64,000 nt of DNA, taken from Phoronis australis. Its lineage: Eukaryota; Animalia; Phoronida. Positions 50,367 to 63,003 of the stretch are shown piece by piece; the stretch's first letter is position 1; each line of letters opens with the position of its first letter. The stretch covers positions 248,001-312,000 of the forward strand of contig NMRA01000140.1 in the NCBI GenBank assembly GCA_002633005.1. The letters are read 5' to 3'. The position numbers and the translations under genes are program-made. The notes beneath the pieces were generated by a model. The model saw nothing but the letters and a program-made list of their open reading frames with translations, was not told the origin of the DNA and did not search any database.

Positions 50367-50850
50367 CTGGAGAAAACAGCACAGGGCGAATCACTACTGG
50401 TTCCAGGAATTGCGCGCTCTGGGGGTACGTTAGGAGGCACGGGTGACAGTACAGTAGATGAAGTGCCTCCACTGGCTCCAGTCACTGTACTGGCCACAGC
50501 TTGCGAGGCTTCTCGCTTCAAAAACGCACTTCTCGGGGGTGGCGACGGGGCACTGCCGGGAGTCAACACAGACGGAATGGCATCCTTCTTCAGGCGTTGT
50601 TTCGCAGGGACCTTCATCAGTTCAGCGTACAAATCCCTTTCGTAATCGGACGGCAGTAAGTGCTTGCCACACACGTACGGTAATTCTCCACTGCTTTGTA
50701 CGTTGCGTGGACGGGTAACGCTGCGTTCTTCACACGAACGAGCCAAGTACGGCGAAGTGTGTCATCCATCGGAAAGCGATGCAAAGGTACTCCCAAAGCG
50801 CGCGTGAGCCGATAATTAGTACATCCCGGTACGCAACAACAGTGTGGCAT
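50367..50850 (-). pseudogene. THAP zinc-finger N-terminus of transposase, one frameshift, runs into gap
   Basis: MPHCCCVPGCTN...LHRFP...RRTWL...(shift near 50676)VCGKH...LKKDAIPSVL gives C2CH plus FP, W and AVPTIF-like THAP motifs. Confidence 0.85.
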
Positions 50851-51115
50851 GTTGACTGACTAGTGAATGAAAGCAAATGACGACGGAACTTAACACAACC
50901 GAGGTAGAACAATGACTGACTCGGCAGCTCTCACAGTCAGACTATATGAAAAGAAATTGGCGCGAAATGCTTGCCTCCTAAAACGTCACTTCCGGAGTAG
51001 CGGACGAGTAACTAATAAAATTACGAAAAGCTGTAATTAAGTGGAAAATATGTCAAGGATAACCAACCAACCTTATTTTAGCTCAAAATGACATGGAAAA
51101 AGGTTGCCTTCGCCT
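50367..51115 (-). mobile_element. Kolobok-like element end with THAP-domain coding region
   Basis: TIR ending GGTTGCCTTCGCCT|TTAA (51116-51119); THAP frame starts at 50850. Confidence 0.85.
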
Positions 51116-53068
51116 TTAAGGGCGGGGCCCCTAAGTATGAAAATATCTATATTTTCAAATATCAAGAAATGCGCAGCAACTGATGTTATCTGTCAGGTCA
51201 TCAAATTTTCTCGATTGATATACAGTTTCGAGAAAAGAATAAAGCGAAAGTTGTCTCCGTTATCCCTTGCCAGAGGGGCCTCTAGAAAAATATAGTTTTA
51301 TATTCGCAAATTTGATTTATTGAATTTAAACATCTAGTAAATTAGTACGCTCCGCAAAAGCTTCGCTTTACAAATTTTGTCGATTTTCGAAATACATGTG
51401 CGCGTTTAGACGACCTGTGCTGCAAAAGCGAAGACCATAACGACAGTGTCCTGACCGGGGTCCTCAAAAGGTAAACAATGCTCTGATGCAGATTAGTTAA
51501 GTGTTCTCTTGAATTTTCTCGCTTATCCGTTTTTCGTAATTTTTCTTTTCTCGACTGTCCCCGGCACCACGCCTATGTCGGTAGCCACGGTTTAACCAAG
51601 ACGCCTTAAAATTTTTGGGGGGTCGTGCCCCCCGATTCCTACAGCCCTCGGACGGCATTGCTATCGGGCTGGAGTGAACATGGGACAGATAAAATTCCAA
51701 CAGCAGTACAGGGAATGCAGGGCCGAGATTATCGGGACGAACCGCTTTTATATTAAAGCATAATAAGCGTCCAAGTAGCCAACGCACTTGTAGCCGGCTA
51801 TACGTGAACAGTCACTTGCGCGTGGTGGTGTTTTGCGATTAGAACTACGTAGGCTCTACATCGGTTAAGTTGTAATCTGGCCTACTGATATGTTGCAGAA
51901 TAACAATTCCAAACTTTTATTGATTGAAACTCATCCGCATAAATCAACAGTTCTATAATTGCCAAATAAACGTCCGGACACGCAATCGAGACCACGGGGA
52001 CCTTGTTTACTCATATCTCGTTGGCGGCAACACTGTTTCGCTAGTCTATTTGAGTGGCAGGTGACTCATAAGTATGTCGCACGCGCTGCCCCTACATATA
52101 CTACCTGCAGTCGCGTCGTTTGTGTTTGGTTTGCGAACAGTTATGTGAACTTCCTTCAGCACCAATGGATTTTACGAATAATCTGTCAAGGCGTGTTACA
52201 CGACAAATATATACCTTATTTTCTATCACAAAGTTTGGTGAGTCGCTTCTGTTCATAGTCAGCAACATCTCTGTTTATGCTCGTGTGAATTTCTTGTCAG
52301 CAATAACGATCACAAATCTGCGCGCAAGTTCAAACCGTCTCAAACCGCAAATCGAAAATTTGTCAACACCCGATAGCATCAAGATTTCGGACACCGTCAA
52401 TTTTTTCCCGACTTTCTCATATTTCACGAATTTCGGACGGCCAATATTGCCTATTTCTAATACTTCGAACAACGACATTACAAGTCGACGCTGAAGTTTA
52501 TTACCCGGTTATTAATGCGCGCGCGGAAAGAGTTCTCAGAGAATTGAAAATGAGCAACATTCTTTCAATTAATTGGTATATTTATCAAGGGAATGATGTT
52601 CATAGAGTATAAATAAAGGGTTCTGAATGGAGAATGTCCTCATTCGAAGCGTTCATTAACAAAACTGAGCATATGACTCAAGCCGTGTAACGTGCGTATA
52701 ATGCCTCAATGCTAAATGGTCACAAGCTTTTTTGTTTCTCGGGAAGTTGTGCATCAATTTTTGCCATTCGACTACTCTATATGATCGGTTTTAATCAAGC
52801 CTTAGTAATATGGAACTAAAATTTTAAATAAATGCCGAAGTAGTTATAAAGGTGAATTCTACTCTGATGTGCTCTCAAGGCCTTGTCAATGATTACGTAA
52901 TACTGCACAAGCGATTTGAGTGGTTGGCTGGCTCACTATAGAGGTATTGATAAGAAGGCTTTGTCTTGAGGGACAGCGGGCCTCTGGGCAAGGGAAGCGG
53001 TCGCTCTGTGAGGAGGCTTGACCGTCATGCAAACGAGGTTTATTTACAACTTGGGTACTTCTGGCGAA

Positions 53069-54884
53069 CTGTGCAAAGTTGTTGGCTTTCAACAGAGATT
53101 TTCCCAGACTTTGTATGAACGCACCAAGCTTAAAAAAATTGGGGGCTGGAATTTTTGGGAAAGTCCATCTTTTACTATAATATTCACTGAGTATGTTCAG
53201 AGTTATGAATTGAAGACGCTACATTTTGGTAGTTCCTGTCTTCTAGTGGAATATCGTCTCGTTTTCTACTAGTTCGTGCTTCTTTGACTGAGGCAGACCT
53301 TTTACCATTTCTCCAAATACGGGGCTCCTTCAAGCACAATGAAAAGTCCAATACAAAATGTTATCATTTGTTATTCATTAAGCCAATATGATTCAACCTT
53401 TTAACATAATAAGTAACTTAAAATGCACAATACTTTACAACATTTAGCATTACAAACACTATTCAACAGCAAAAGTTTCCACGACATGAAAGTGGACATA
53501 CATGTAACTATTACCATGGTGACCGAATAGTGTTTCCTTACACCAGAATTTGACAAGCATGATTGAAAGAATATGAAGTTGCAAGGAACAATAATTGGAA
53601 CCTTGAAACTTCACAATCCAACATAGCTTATTTCTCAAATTAAGATTATTCATATTGTTGACTTGATAACCTGAATTAAGAAGCAATAAGTTACAAAACA
53701 TGACTTGAAAGCAATTGAGACTTAAAATTTAGAAAAATATGGATCATTTTGTGACACCTAATCAAGCCTTGAACAGCAATTGGTATTCAAACAAAAAACC
53801 ATTTCAAAATTATTTCAACTATTTTTAGCTTAGTGTAAGATCACCTGAATGGGAAATTCACAGTAAAATAATTCGAATTATCTTATATTTTTGCTTAAAA
53901 AACAAGAAATGGTACAAAGTTCCTTTTTTGTAGTAACGTTTGTCAAAATGTATCAACGTTAAATATTCACAAATTACAAAGTAAGAGGTTGAACATGCCT
54001 TCCAGTTCAGCAAAAGTCGCCAATAAAACGGACCATGTTGTCGGTGCCGCCAGAAATGAGACGAAGTCCAACGGGAATTGTGAGCACATTTATCACTTAA
54101 TGAGTAACAACTGCGAGGCTGAAATTTGGTGAACACTGTTGAATCGTGCAGAATAGTAAGTAAAGATATGTCTCACTAAATTTCACCATAAATTGTTCGC
54201 GAAAACAATTTACACAAAGTTTTAGGCTCGCAACTTATACCGCTGTCCTCCAATATGCCCAACGCGATCCAAACAAAGTAACCCAAATTTCTCCAAAAAA
54301 ATTGCAATAACTTTACAGTGCTTGCCCCGATTTTGATACTTTTTCGATTTTTACTGAGTAGAATGCACCACCTTTCCGATAATAGCAAAGCACTTTTTCA
54401 AAACAAGAAAAATTAGTCAAAACGGAAAAATTGGTTCGACTCATATTGGTTCCTAGGTTCGACCACCCTACGTAAGGAAATAAACACACCAATGCTATTT
54501 TAACATAATAAATACGCGTAACATTCAAAAAAAAAATTCAACGACCACTAACTACAAACTATAAATACACTACACACACAAACGAATCACGAGATATTAC
54601 TAATAAAACAAAATAATGACTTTTCAAGCAAGCGATAGCACATTCAGTTACAAGAAAAAATGGCGGCGTTCATGACAAGTTCCTGAAATAATGAGCCGGA
54701 AATGTACGGAAATAACCGATTACAGCCGGTAATTATACTCTCACAGAGAAGGGTCAATTACTGTTAAAAATCTGTTTTGGCAAGAAAGGCGAAAAGAATA
54801 TAAATAAATGGTATCGAAAATAATATTTTATGTAGTAAGTATTTTCGGATACTGGAACCACATGGGCAGTTTGAGACCAGGACT
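53069..54884. mobile_element. Dispersed repeat with a candidate Kolobok-type end
   Basis: Homologous to 1-1344; ends CT|TTAA at 54884/54885; the other terminus was not identified. Confidence 0.5.
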
Positions 54885-55444
54885 TTAAGGGTGGATTTGA
54901 CGTATTCTGCGCCATTCGGTGGTCATTTTAATTTTTGTTAGTACGACCCGCGTCGTTTTTGACATCACTCTTTCCATCTACCTATCAACTTGAAGGATCA
55001 TTATTAAAATTTGGAAATGTGTTCGTAATGAGAAGACCGAGGCCTTCGTTGATTTTCGGATGTGTTCAACTAATGTGGCCTCCCAAGTGACAATTTTATT
55101 TTTTCACGTCCACGCTTGTATCTCCTTTACCCTTTGCAAGATCTTTTTGAAATCTATCAGAGGTGCTCCTATGGAGATGGCAAGAGATGACGGCCAGTTT
55201 AAGACCAATTCAGCTACAGCTGTGCTCCCTAGTGGCTATTTTAGTTTTTGCGTTTGCTTCTATAACTTCAGAGTTTCTTGACGCATTTTCATAAAATTTG
55301 GTAAATAATTTTGAGAGTCAACAAATATACACACGTTTGCGGTGCAGCTGCGTTGCTCTTGTACCGATTAGTCGGGTTGACTGAAGCTGATGTACACAGT
55401 AAGTTACAAAACTGAGGAGGACTGCAGTTTGGGTATATATATAT

Positions 55445-55860
55445 ACCTCCCCCATTTCTGACAGCATTCTCAGCAAAGCCATCTGTATGGGTTCGGGTTG
55501 AGGTGATGGTGGTGTTGTCTCCGTCCAGGGTTTATAGGGTGAGGGCCTTCAGAACTGCCTCCACTTGTGTCTGTTTTGCAGCAATCCCAGGGATGTCAAG
55601 GGTGATAGGAGGAGCGTTCAGGGCATTCTTCAAAGTCTTGGAGCATTTCTAGTGGTTGGTTGATTGAGGATAGCAGAGGTTAGTGTTTCTGCTGAAGCAC
55701 CTTGATGAGGTGGTTTGAGCTCTGCCTTTTGGTGCAGTGGATGTGACGGAAGCCGCTTCATTTTCTCGCTCTGTCTCAGGAGTTTCTCGTCTCGTCTTTC
55801 TTCCAGTGAGTTTAAGGCTACCGCCTTCTCCATTTCCGTGATGGGAATGGTCATTAGCCA
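55445..55860 (-). mobile_element. Fragment of an RNase-H-bearing non-LTR retrotransposon (I group, Ingi/Nimb-like)
   Basis: TIPITEMEKAVALNSLEERRDEKLLRQSEKMKRLPSHPLH followed by HTDGFAENAVRNGG (RNase H TDG motif). Confidence 0.65.
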
Positions 55861-58800
55861 TTCAAGAAAACGCTTAATCCGCGAAACTAAAATTGGGATC
55901 ATAACGTAGAATTGTCGTGAGGACTTGACAGGGACCTCAGGGGTCTCACACTCTACTGATTTATCCACATAATTTTGAAAACGCTTTGCCCAGTCACACA
56001 TTGTGTGTTATAAAAATGGTAAGCATACCAGCAGCTGGCGCAGCAAGTAGAACTACTCTCGTTTATCACATTGGTGTAGACTCACAGTTGAACTAGCACC
56101 ACATATTCACACATTGTCCTGGGTGGGAATTGGCCCAAGACAAGAGGTGTATAGTACGTGTCATGGGTGACTTTTCACATCAGTTTCTCTTCAGAGCTAT
56201 GCTATGTCCAATAAAATTCTCTAGATGAGTGAGTTTCCGTATTTTATAGCGGACCCCATCCCCAAGACTACCAGTACCAGATTAGTTACCAAATTAACAT
56301 GAATAAGCTATTCAGTAAACGCTGTAAGATTACATTGGAATAAAAATTGACACCTACAATGAATTTTATTTGAAGTCAGAAGCACATTTTAAGTGTCGTG
56401 AAAAATGCACATTGTTAAATCACTTATAGCCTGTTTCACATATTTTAATTCAGATCTTAAATAAGACTTGTTACAAAGATTATTAGTTTCCACATAAAGA
56501 TCAAACGTCAAGTATGTTCTGCCTTACTAAAGTAGTTTTGTCATGTTTTCTTTTATAATTTGCTAGTATTTCTTTGACTATTCTGTTACAGGTGAAAGAA
56601 AATGACTGAAATCAGCCGGCTGACTCTCTATTTTACCTTTGGACAAAGGGAAAATCAATCCTTGAGCAATAATCTGAGAGAATTGAACTTCATTCAGAAA
56701 TTCAGGCCTTGATATTACTGATTATGGACTCCCTTGCATGGGAAAATTATAATTGTTTTTAACAATGTTGTTTCTTTGTATGTATGTGGTTGTTCATTTT
56801 GCCATTTTGTTTTTTAAATACACTGATAATTGTTTATTCTCGAATCTTGTGCATAGCAAATTCTTATCCAGCTACCTACAATTGAAAACATACTTTTCTT
56901 GCATGTGGAACATTTGTTGTGGACAAGTTAACACAAAACATAAAATTGTTCAAAGGCCTTTCTTTTTAAGAAAGCCCTAAAATAATTACACACACAAACA
57001 AATCAAATGCAAACAAAGGGAATACTTCATTTTGATCGCTGCACATTTCTAGAGGTCAACAGGAAAATGACATTTCGCAAGCGTAATCGGTAATCATTTC
57101 AGCTTTATAAAGAATAAGCACAACTGTACTGTATGGGGTTTTAAAACTGAGGAAATATTGCGGTTTCAATAATTAGTGACAAAATTGCCTGTTGATGAAA
57201 AATTTATTCGATCATTAAAGTGTAACATTAACGGGCTTTCTACTGGCAATAAGACAATCGATGCAGTCACTGAATGTCATTTCCCCATAATGTGTACCAA
57301 ATTGAAAAGTTTTTACCAGTATTATAAAGCCTTTCCTCTGAAAGGAAAAATTAATGTCACTCAGTGAGCAAGGACAGGTATTTATACCAGATGCTTTTGG
57401 TTTTCATTTCACTGGGATCTAGTTTCAATGGCCTATAGAAGCGCTTGTAAAAAGGCCCAGTTTCGGCACATGGCTTTCCTTCATGTAAACTCATTCAGCC
57501 TCAATAACATCTACAATTAGATCCTTGTAGGTAAACACATCAGCATATCACTTGACTCGTTTTGTACCCAAAATCTGACCCTGAACTAGACCAGAGTGTC
57601 ACTAGGTCTTATTTAGCTTCAATCCCTCGTGTTTCTTCCACGAAAGGAAATAAGCTATTGTCCGCACATGACTTATTGCCTATGAAAGGGCATCATCACC
57701 AACGAGGCTGACTTGTGTAGCAGTCGGATATAGTTCCTCTTCATACACAAACAATCCACTGGCACGTTGTCTTATGGTAACTTCGAACTGCGATTCACAT
57801 TACTCCAGGGCCACTGACTTGTACATTGTGCCATGCAGCACTGCTGGTGTGTGGAAATGCTGTGGGAAGAGAAAGGAGTAACAAAGCTTGTTCGTTGTCT
57901 CCGATGTAGAAAGTAGGTTTTGACAACAGATCTCAGCACTGGATGGGAAGATCTTGCTGGCTAGCTGCAGTCAACTGCTTAAAACCAATTTTTGTCCTTT
58001 CAGGGTAGATGCACAAGCGATTCATATCTCTTCTGCACGGTACAAGCCCTCAAACCTAAAACCCAAAGGTCACGTGGAAACAGACATGATAGATTTCCAT
58101 TTCAACGTGTTATAGAATTCCGGAAGACATAGGATAGGGAGTAAACAAATAGTCTAATGGATATTTGTCAAGTACCCTTTGCCATGGCAGTGGGCTTGGA
58201 TTGTAATCTCAACTCACTAACCAATATCGAGTTAACAGCATAAACATTCACCATTCATTGATGTAACTGTCTCTGATAAACCTGTTAGAAATCATTCCAA
58301 ACAATAATACTGCTTTGATGTACGAAAAGATCCCGAGTGTTACGTCAAGTATCGTAACACACATCACAACAAAGATTTACCCGACTGGCGACTGTCGCGA
58401 AGTCGACATCGGCGAGTACCTCACTTAACAGGCGTCAGTAGAATAAACATGGAGTAATCGTTAAAATAATCACAAACCTTACCTTTATATAAGGTCGTGC
58501 TTACTTCCTCTCAAAGAAGAACCTTTTTCACGCAATCTCAGATTTAGTTGGCACGGCTACAAGCCATTTCCCCATGTATTTAAGGGGCTCGCGAAGTCGA
58601 GGCTGTTAATCTATCACCACTAGTACACGCGCGCCCTCTAGTGAATGTAAATTTTCCGAATAGCCCCATTCAGATGTGTGTTTGTCCGTTCGTCCGTGGA
58701 ACTGGAAGACGCAAAATATTCAGTAACAGTTCACGGACACATAATTCGCAAAGTGGAACGCATTAAAGGCAAATTGCAAGCAAAATGGCAAATGACAATA

Positions 58801-59627
58801 AATGTTACGTTAATGATGTCTTGAGACTCGCGCAGTGACCAGAACACATCTGACCAGTGTGACAATATTCGCAAGAGTGCCTGACCATGCCATATAACCC
58901 GCACTCGGTCATTCATAAACAAAATAGTGTTCACAGAACTCATAGCACAATGCGCATTAACAGTGAAATTCAACTTGACCGCCTGATCTTTTGGGTGCTT
59001 CACTATCCCTTCTCCAAAACTCCGACTTGTACAAACACAAACTGTCACTACGTTTTTATCATATTGCAACTTTTGACATCGCGTGAAAAATTTGGAAGTG
59101 AACGACAAAAATCAGCTCATTTGTTTCGTTCACCGTGTTTCCTGACTATCTTATTCATCCAGGCCCGCGTCATTGCGTTATGAACAAAGTAGGCCTACAT
59201 GCGTAAGTCACACACAGCGTAATTGAATCAATCTACTATTGAATTTTTGTTGAATGAGAAGTTCGTCATAGCGACGGTTTTGGTAAAAAATGTTGTGGTC
59301 GGCAGTATGAAATTCTTAGACTCAAGGGATATTTTTACTGCCGAAAAATCAATTTAAGGATTTTTGTTGGAATGGGACAAACTTTTGAAGTTACTAGTTT
59401 AGTCTTTGAGATTGTGTTACATATCACCAATTCTCGACGTTTTCTTGCAGTTATTTGCTGAAGTAGGTGACTTAGCCAGTTAAACACGCTTAAAATACTT
59501 GGTCATTAATTGAAGGTGGTTTAGTTCCGCCAGCGCAGCGTTAGACTGAAATTCCGCACTGAAGCTGATCTCAGAAAATCACTTTTCTCGTTAGTTGAGG
59601 CCTAATTCTAGTCGTTTATTTTTTCAG

Positions 59628-60070
59628 GATACCTGGATTACGCGGTAAAGCTCGCCCAAGGGATTCCTCATCGAACGTTTGTAATCAACTCCGTTGGAGT
59701 ACATGATAATTACAAAGGTTCTTTCGTCATCAACGGATACATCAAGCCATTTCTTAAAGCGTTGGAAGAAATAGGACGACGCTATACTCGTAAGAACACA
59801 ACTGTTCTGTGGCCAAAGTATTTATGGGTAACACCCCCTCTGTCGGGATTGTTGAAATCGACAAGTTATCCACTGCAGACACCCCAGCATGTAGCAAATT
59901 ATGCTGCCGAGACTAGTGCCTACTTACTGTCACGTGATGTAAAAGTGTTGAACACCTTGAACTATTCGACTAATGTGTTTAGCTGGGACGGTACCCACTA
60001 CGGGAGGACTTACAATATGGAGCTGGTCCGGCTCATTCTCACCTATATTGACGGAATGAAAGAGTTTTGA
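59628..60070 (+). CDS. Exon 3 (terminal) of the SGNH-like gene, copy B; spliced CDS 1245 nt = 414 aa
   Basis: Acceptor tttattttttcag|; phase 1; continuous frame GYLDYAVKLAQG...NSVGVHD...LWVTPP...SWDGTHYG...EF*; DxxH motif at 59987-59998. Confidence 0.85.
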
Positions 60071-60179
60071 TCGAAATTAGTTGAAGGTTTGAGCAATTCT
60101 GTTACGGGTTAGCTGTTTAAAGAGAAATGAACAATTGTGTTTAGCCATATTTTAGGTATTGAGGGTAAAATTAGTTACA

Positions 60180-62040
60180 AGGAACTCCAATTTGTGTCAC
60201 CTGGGTCTGTCGGGTTTACAGTAGAATTTCTTAAAAGTTTTGGAAGGACTTAGACGACTTCCTTCTTCGTCATATTTATGAAAGTTATGAAAATAACGAA
60301 ATGTCTTCAACTTAGAAGACTGGAATTATTACATTAATTGCGAAACCAGATAATCCAACTCGATTTATATAGAATTGGAGACCAGTAACTCTTCTTAACG
60401 CATTGTGCAAACTTGCTTCATGGTGTATCGCCAATAGAATGAAAACAGTACTGGTATTAAAAGATGTGATTTCGAGCGATCAGAATGGATTTATTAATGG
60501 TAGCTTCCTAGTAGAAAACATATATATGATATGAGTTAATGTGAAAATATTGATATTCCTGGCATGCTTTGTTTTTAATGTCTTGGATTTTGCAATTTTA
60601 AAGACTCCATTAAAAGGTGGATTACTACTTTCTACAGGAATCCCATCTCTCCGTATGTTAGCATTAGTTGTAAGACGGCTTGAAAGTGTCAAGGGCATAA
60701 GAATCAATAATGTCGAGTTCCTTGTCTCACAATATGCTGATGATACAATTTTCTCTTTAGACGGCTGTACAAGGTCCCTTTCGGCAGCAATGAGTATTTT
60801 AGACAAATATGCTGAAATATCTGTTTTAAAGGTGCATTATAGTAATATGCTGAAATATTTATTTTAAAGGTTAATTATAGTAAACCAGTGTTACATGGAT
60901 AGGTAATAGAAAGTACTCAAAGTTTGTATTTCATAGGGACCATGATTCATATGAACTTCAATGAAAATATTGTGAAATTAACAGTTTGCTGAAACCGTGG
61001 AGGAGGAGAATGCTGACCATGCGGGGTAAAAGTACTGTTTTAAAATCTTTAGTACCGTAATCGTTCGGGTTAACGCCCTAGGCGGTTAAATTGGCGAATC
61101 CAAAAAATCGGGGGAGTGCGGTTAACCGAGCAGTGGGCGGTTAAATCGAAAATCCACTTAAAGTCGGGGATGGGCGGTTAACTGAGCATGGGCGTTAACC
61201 CGAACGAGTACGGTAATTCCAAAGTTGTACATCTACTTTATTACCTAACCCACCTGTCTCAGTTTTAAAGGAACTCAATTCAATGGTTTCCAAATTTATG
61301 TGGAACGATAAGGCAGAATATTTTAAGAGACGTCTAGGTTAGCAAAATAGAAGCGGGTGGATGAAAAGTGTTAAATATTATGTTATTCAGCAAAGCTCTG
61401 GAGTTGTCTTGGATTAAGAGATTCGCTTCCACAAATTCTAAATGGGGAACGTTTGAAATTAAGACAGCTTTAGAAGCCAGAAAATTGATCGCTGAAAAGG
61501 GTTTGCTTTTAATGTTGAGACATGGAAAAATATACTTTACCTTTTGAAAGTACCCTAGACACTTAGTTGTTATGTTTGCAATACAAAATTCTACACAGAA
61601 TTCTGGTAACCCAACATTTTTTGTATAAAATGAAGATAATTGTCTAACAAATGTTCATTTTGTGAAGATGAGACTGAAACTTTTGAACACATTTTGTGAC
61701 TGTAAAGCTATTAGATATTTTCTGTCAGAAATAGAAATTCTCATATTATCAAAAGAGGAATACTTTTTGGTAACATTTCTGACACAGGAGGTAAATTTTT
61801 AAATTGGCTTGTGCTAACATGCAAAACATTCATTTATCAAGCGAGATTCATGGTTGTGATGCCATATATTTTTGGTTTCATTGGAATGTTGAAATATGAA
61901 TTCAACTGTCAGAAATTTCTGCTTTTGAAAAACGATTTTACGGAAGAATATAGTAAGCACTGGAGATAATTATCCAGCATCTTATCTGGCGAGCATGCGT
62001 GATTGATTAAAAACAACTTGGTGTGCATGACTGTGTGTAT
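60180..62040 (+). mobile_element. Same Tx1/L1 relic in copy B
   Basis: Duplicate of 12500-14200 with SQYADDT; interrupted by the MITE at 61055. Confidence 0.88.
61055..61213. mobile_element. 159-bp Tc1/mariner(pogo)-type MITE inserted in the LINE relic
   Basis: 24-bp TIR CCGTA(A/C)TCGTTCGGGTTAACGCCC with 1 mismatch; TA on both sides; four internal GCGGTTAA motifs; absent in copy A. Confidence 0.92.
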
Positions 62041-63003
62041 GAATGTTTCTTTTCCATCATATATACGCACTGTACAGTAGCGGATTTAGAGGCCATGACC
62101 CTCCCTAAAACTCTCCCAGATTCTATTTGGCAGTTCGGGGGTGCCAATGCCTGACGGGCAAAATCCTGGCTAATACTCTACTCTGTCCCCCCTCACAAAA
62201 AATCCTGGATCCGCCCGTGCTAACACATATCTTTGATCTAGTCAATAAAAATAATAATAAATCACAATCTTACTTCGCTGAGTGACTTTTCCATAATACT
62301 TATCTACTCGAATCTGCTCTGGCTCAGGTGGATAAAAACAGGAAGTTGCGTAAAAACATGATCTGAAATCAAANAAGAGGAATACTTTTTGGTAACATTT
62401 CTGACACAGGAGGTAAATTTTTAAATTGGTTTATGCTAACGTGCAAAACATTCATTTATCAAGCGAGATTCATGGTTGTGATGCCAAATATTTTTGGTTT
62501 CATTGGAATGTTGAAATATGAATTCAACTGTCAGAAATTTCTGCTTTTGAAAAACGATTTTACGGAAGAACATAGTAAGCACTGGAGATAATTATCCAGC
62601 ATCTTATCTGGCGAGCATGCGTGATTGATTAAAAACAACTTGGTGTGCATGACTGTGTGTATGAATGTTTCTTTTCCATCATATATACGCACTGTACAGT
62701 GGCGGATGTAGAGGGGGGCCAAGGGGGCCATGGCCCTCCCTAAAACTCTCCCAGATTCTATTTGGCAATTCGGGGGTGCCAATGCCTGACGGGCAAAATT
62801 CTGGCTAATACTCTACCCTGTCCCCCCTCACAAAAATCCTGGATCCGCCCGTGCTAACACATATCTTTGATCTAGTCAATAAAAATAATAATAAATCACA
62901 ATCTTACTTCGCTGAGTGACTTTTCCATAAGACTTATCTACTCGAATCTGCTCTGGCTCAGGTGGATAAAAACAGGAAGTTGCGTAAAAACATGATCTGA
63001 AAT
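61750..63003 (+). repeat. ~625-bp tandem duplication joined by a single N (probable assembly overlap of two alleles)
   Basis: 61750-62373 is repeated at 62375-63003; the second unit matches copy A (from about 13925) essentially exactly, while the first differs. Confidence 0.85.

Noticed and set aside
49544-50472. ORFs of 279-330 aa spanning the second gap
   Set aside because: Gap artefacts; only the minus-strand THAP portion at 50367-50850 is meaningful
57450-58100. Cys/His-rich coding-looking stretch
   Set aside because: Stops in the frames examined and no motif I can assign
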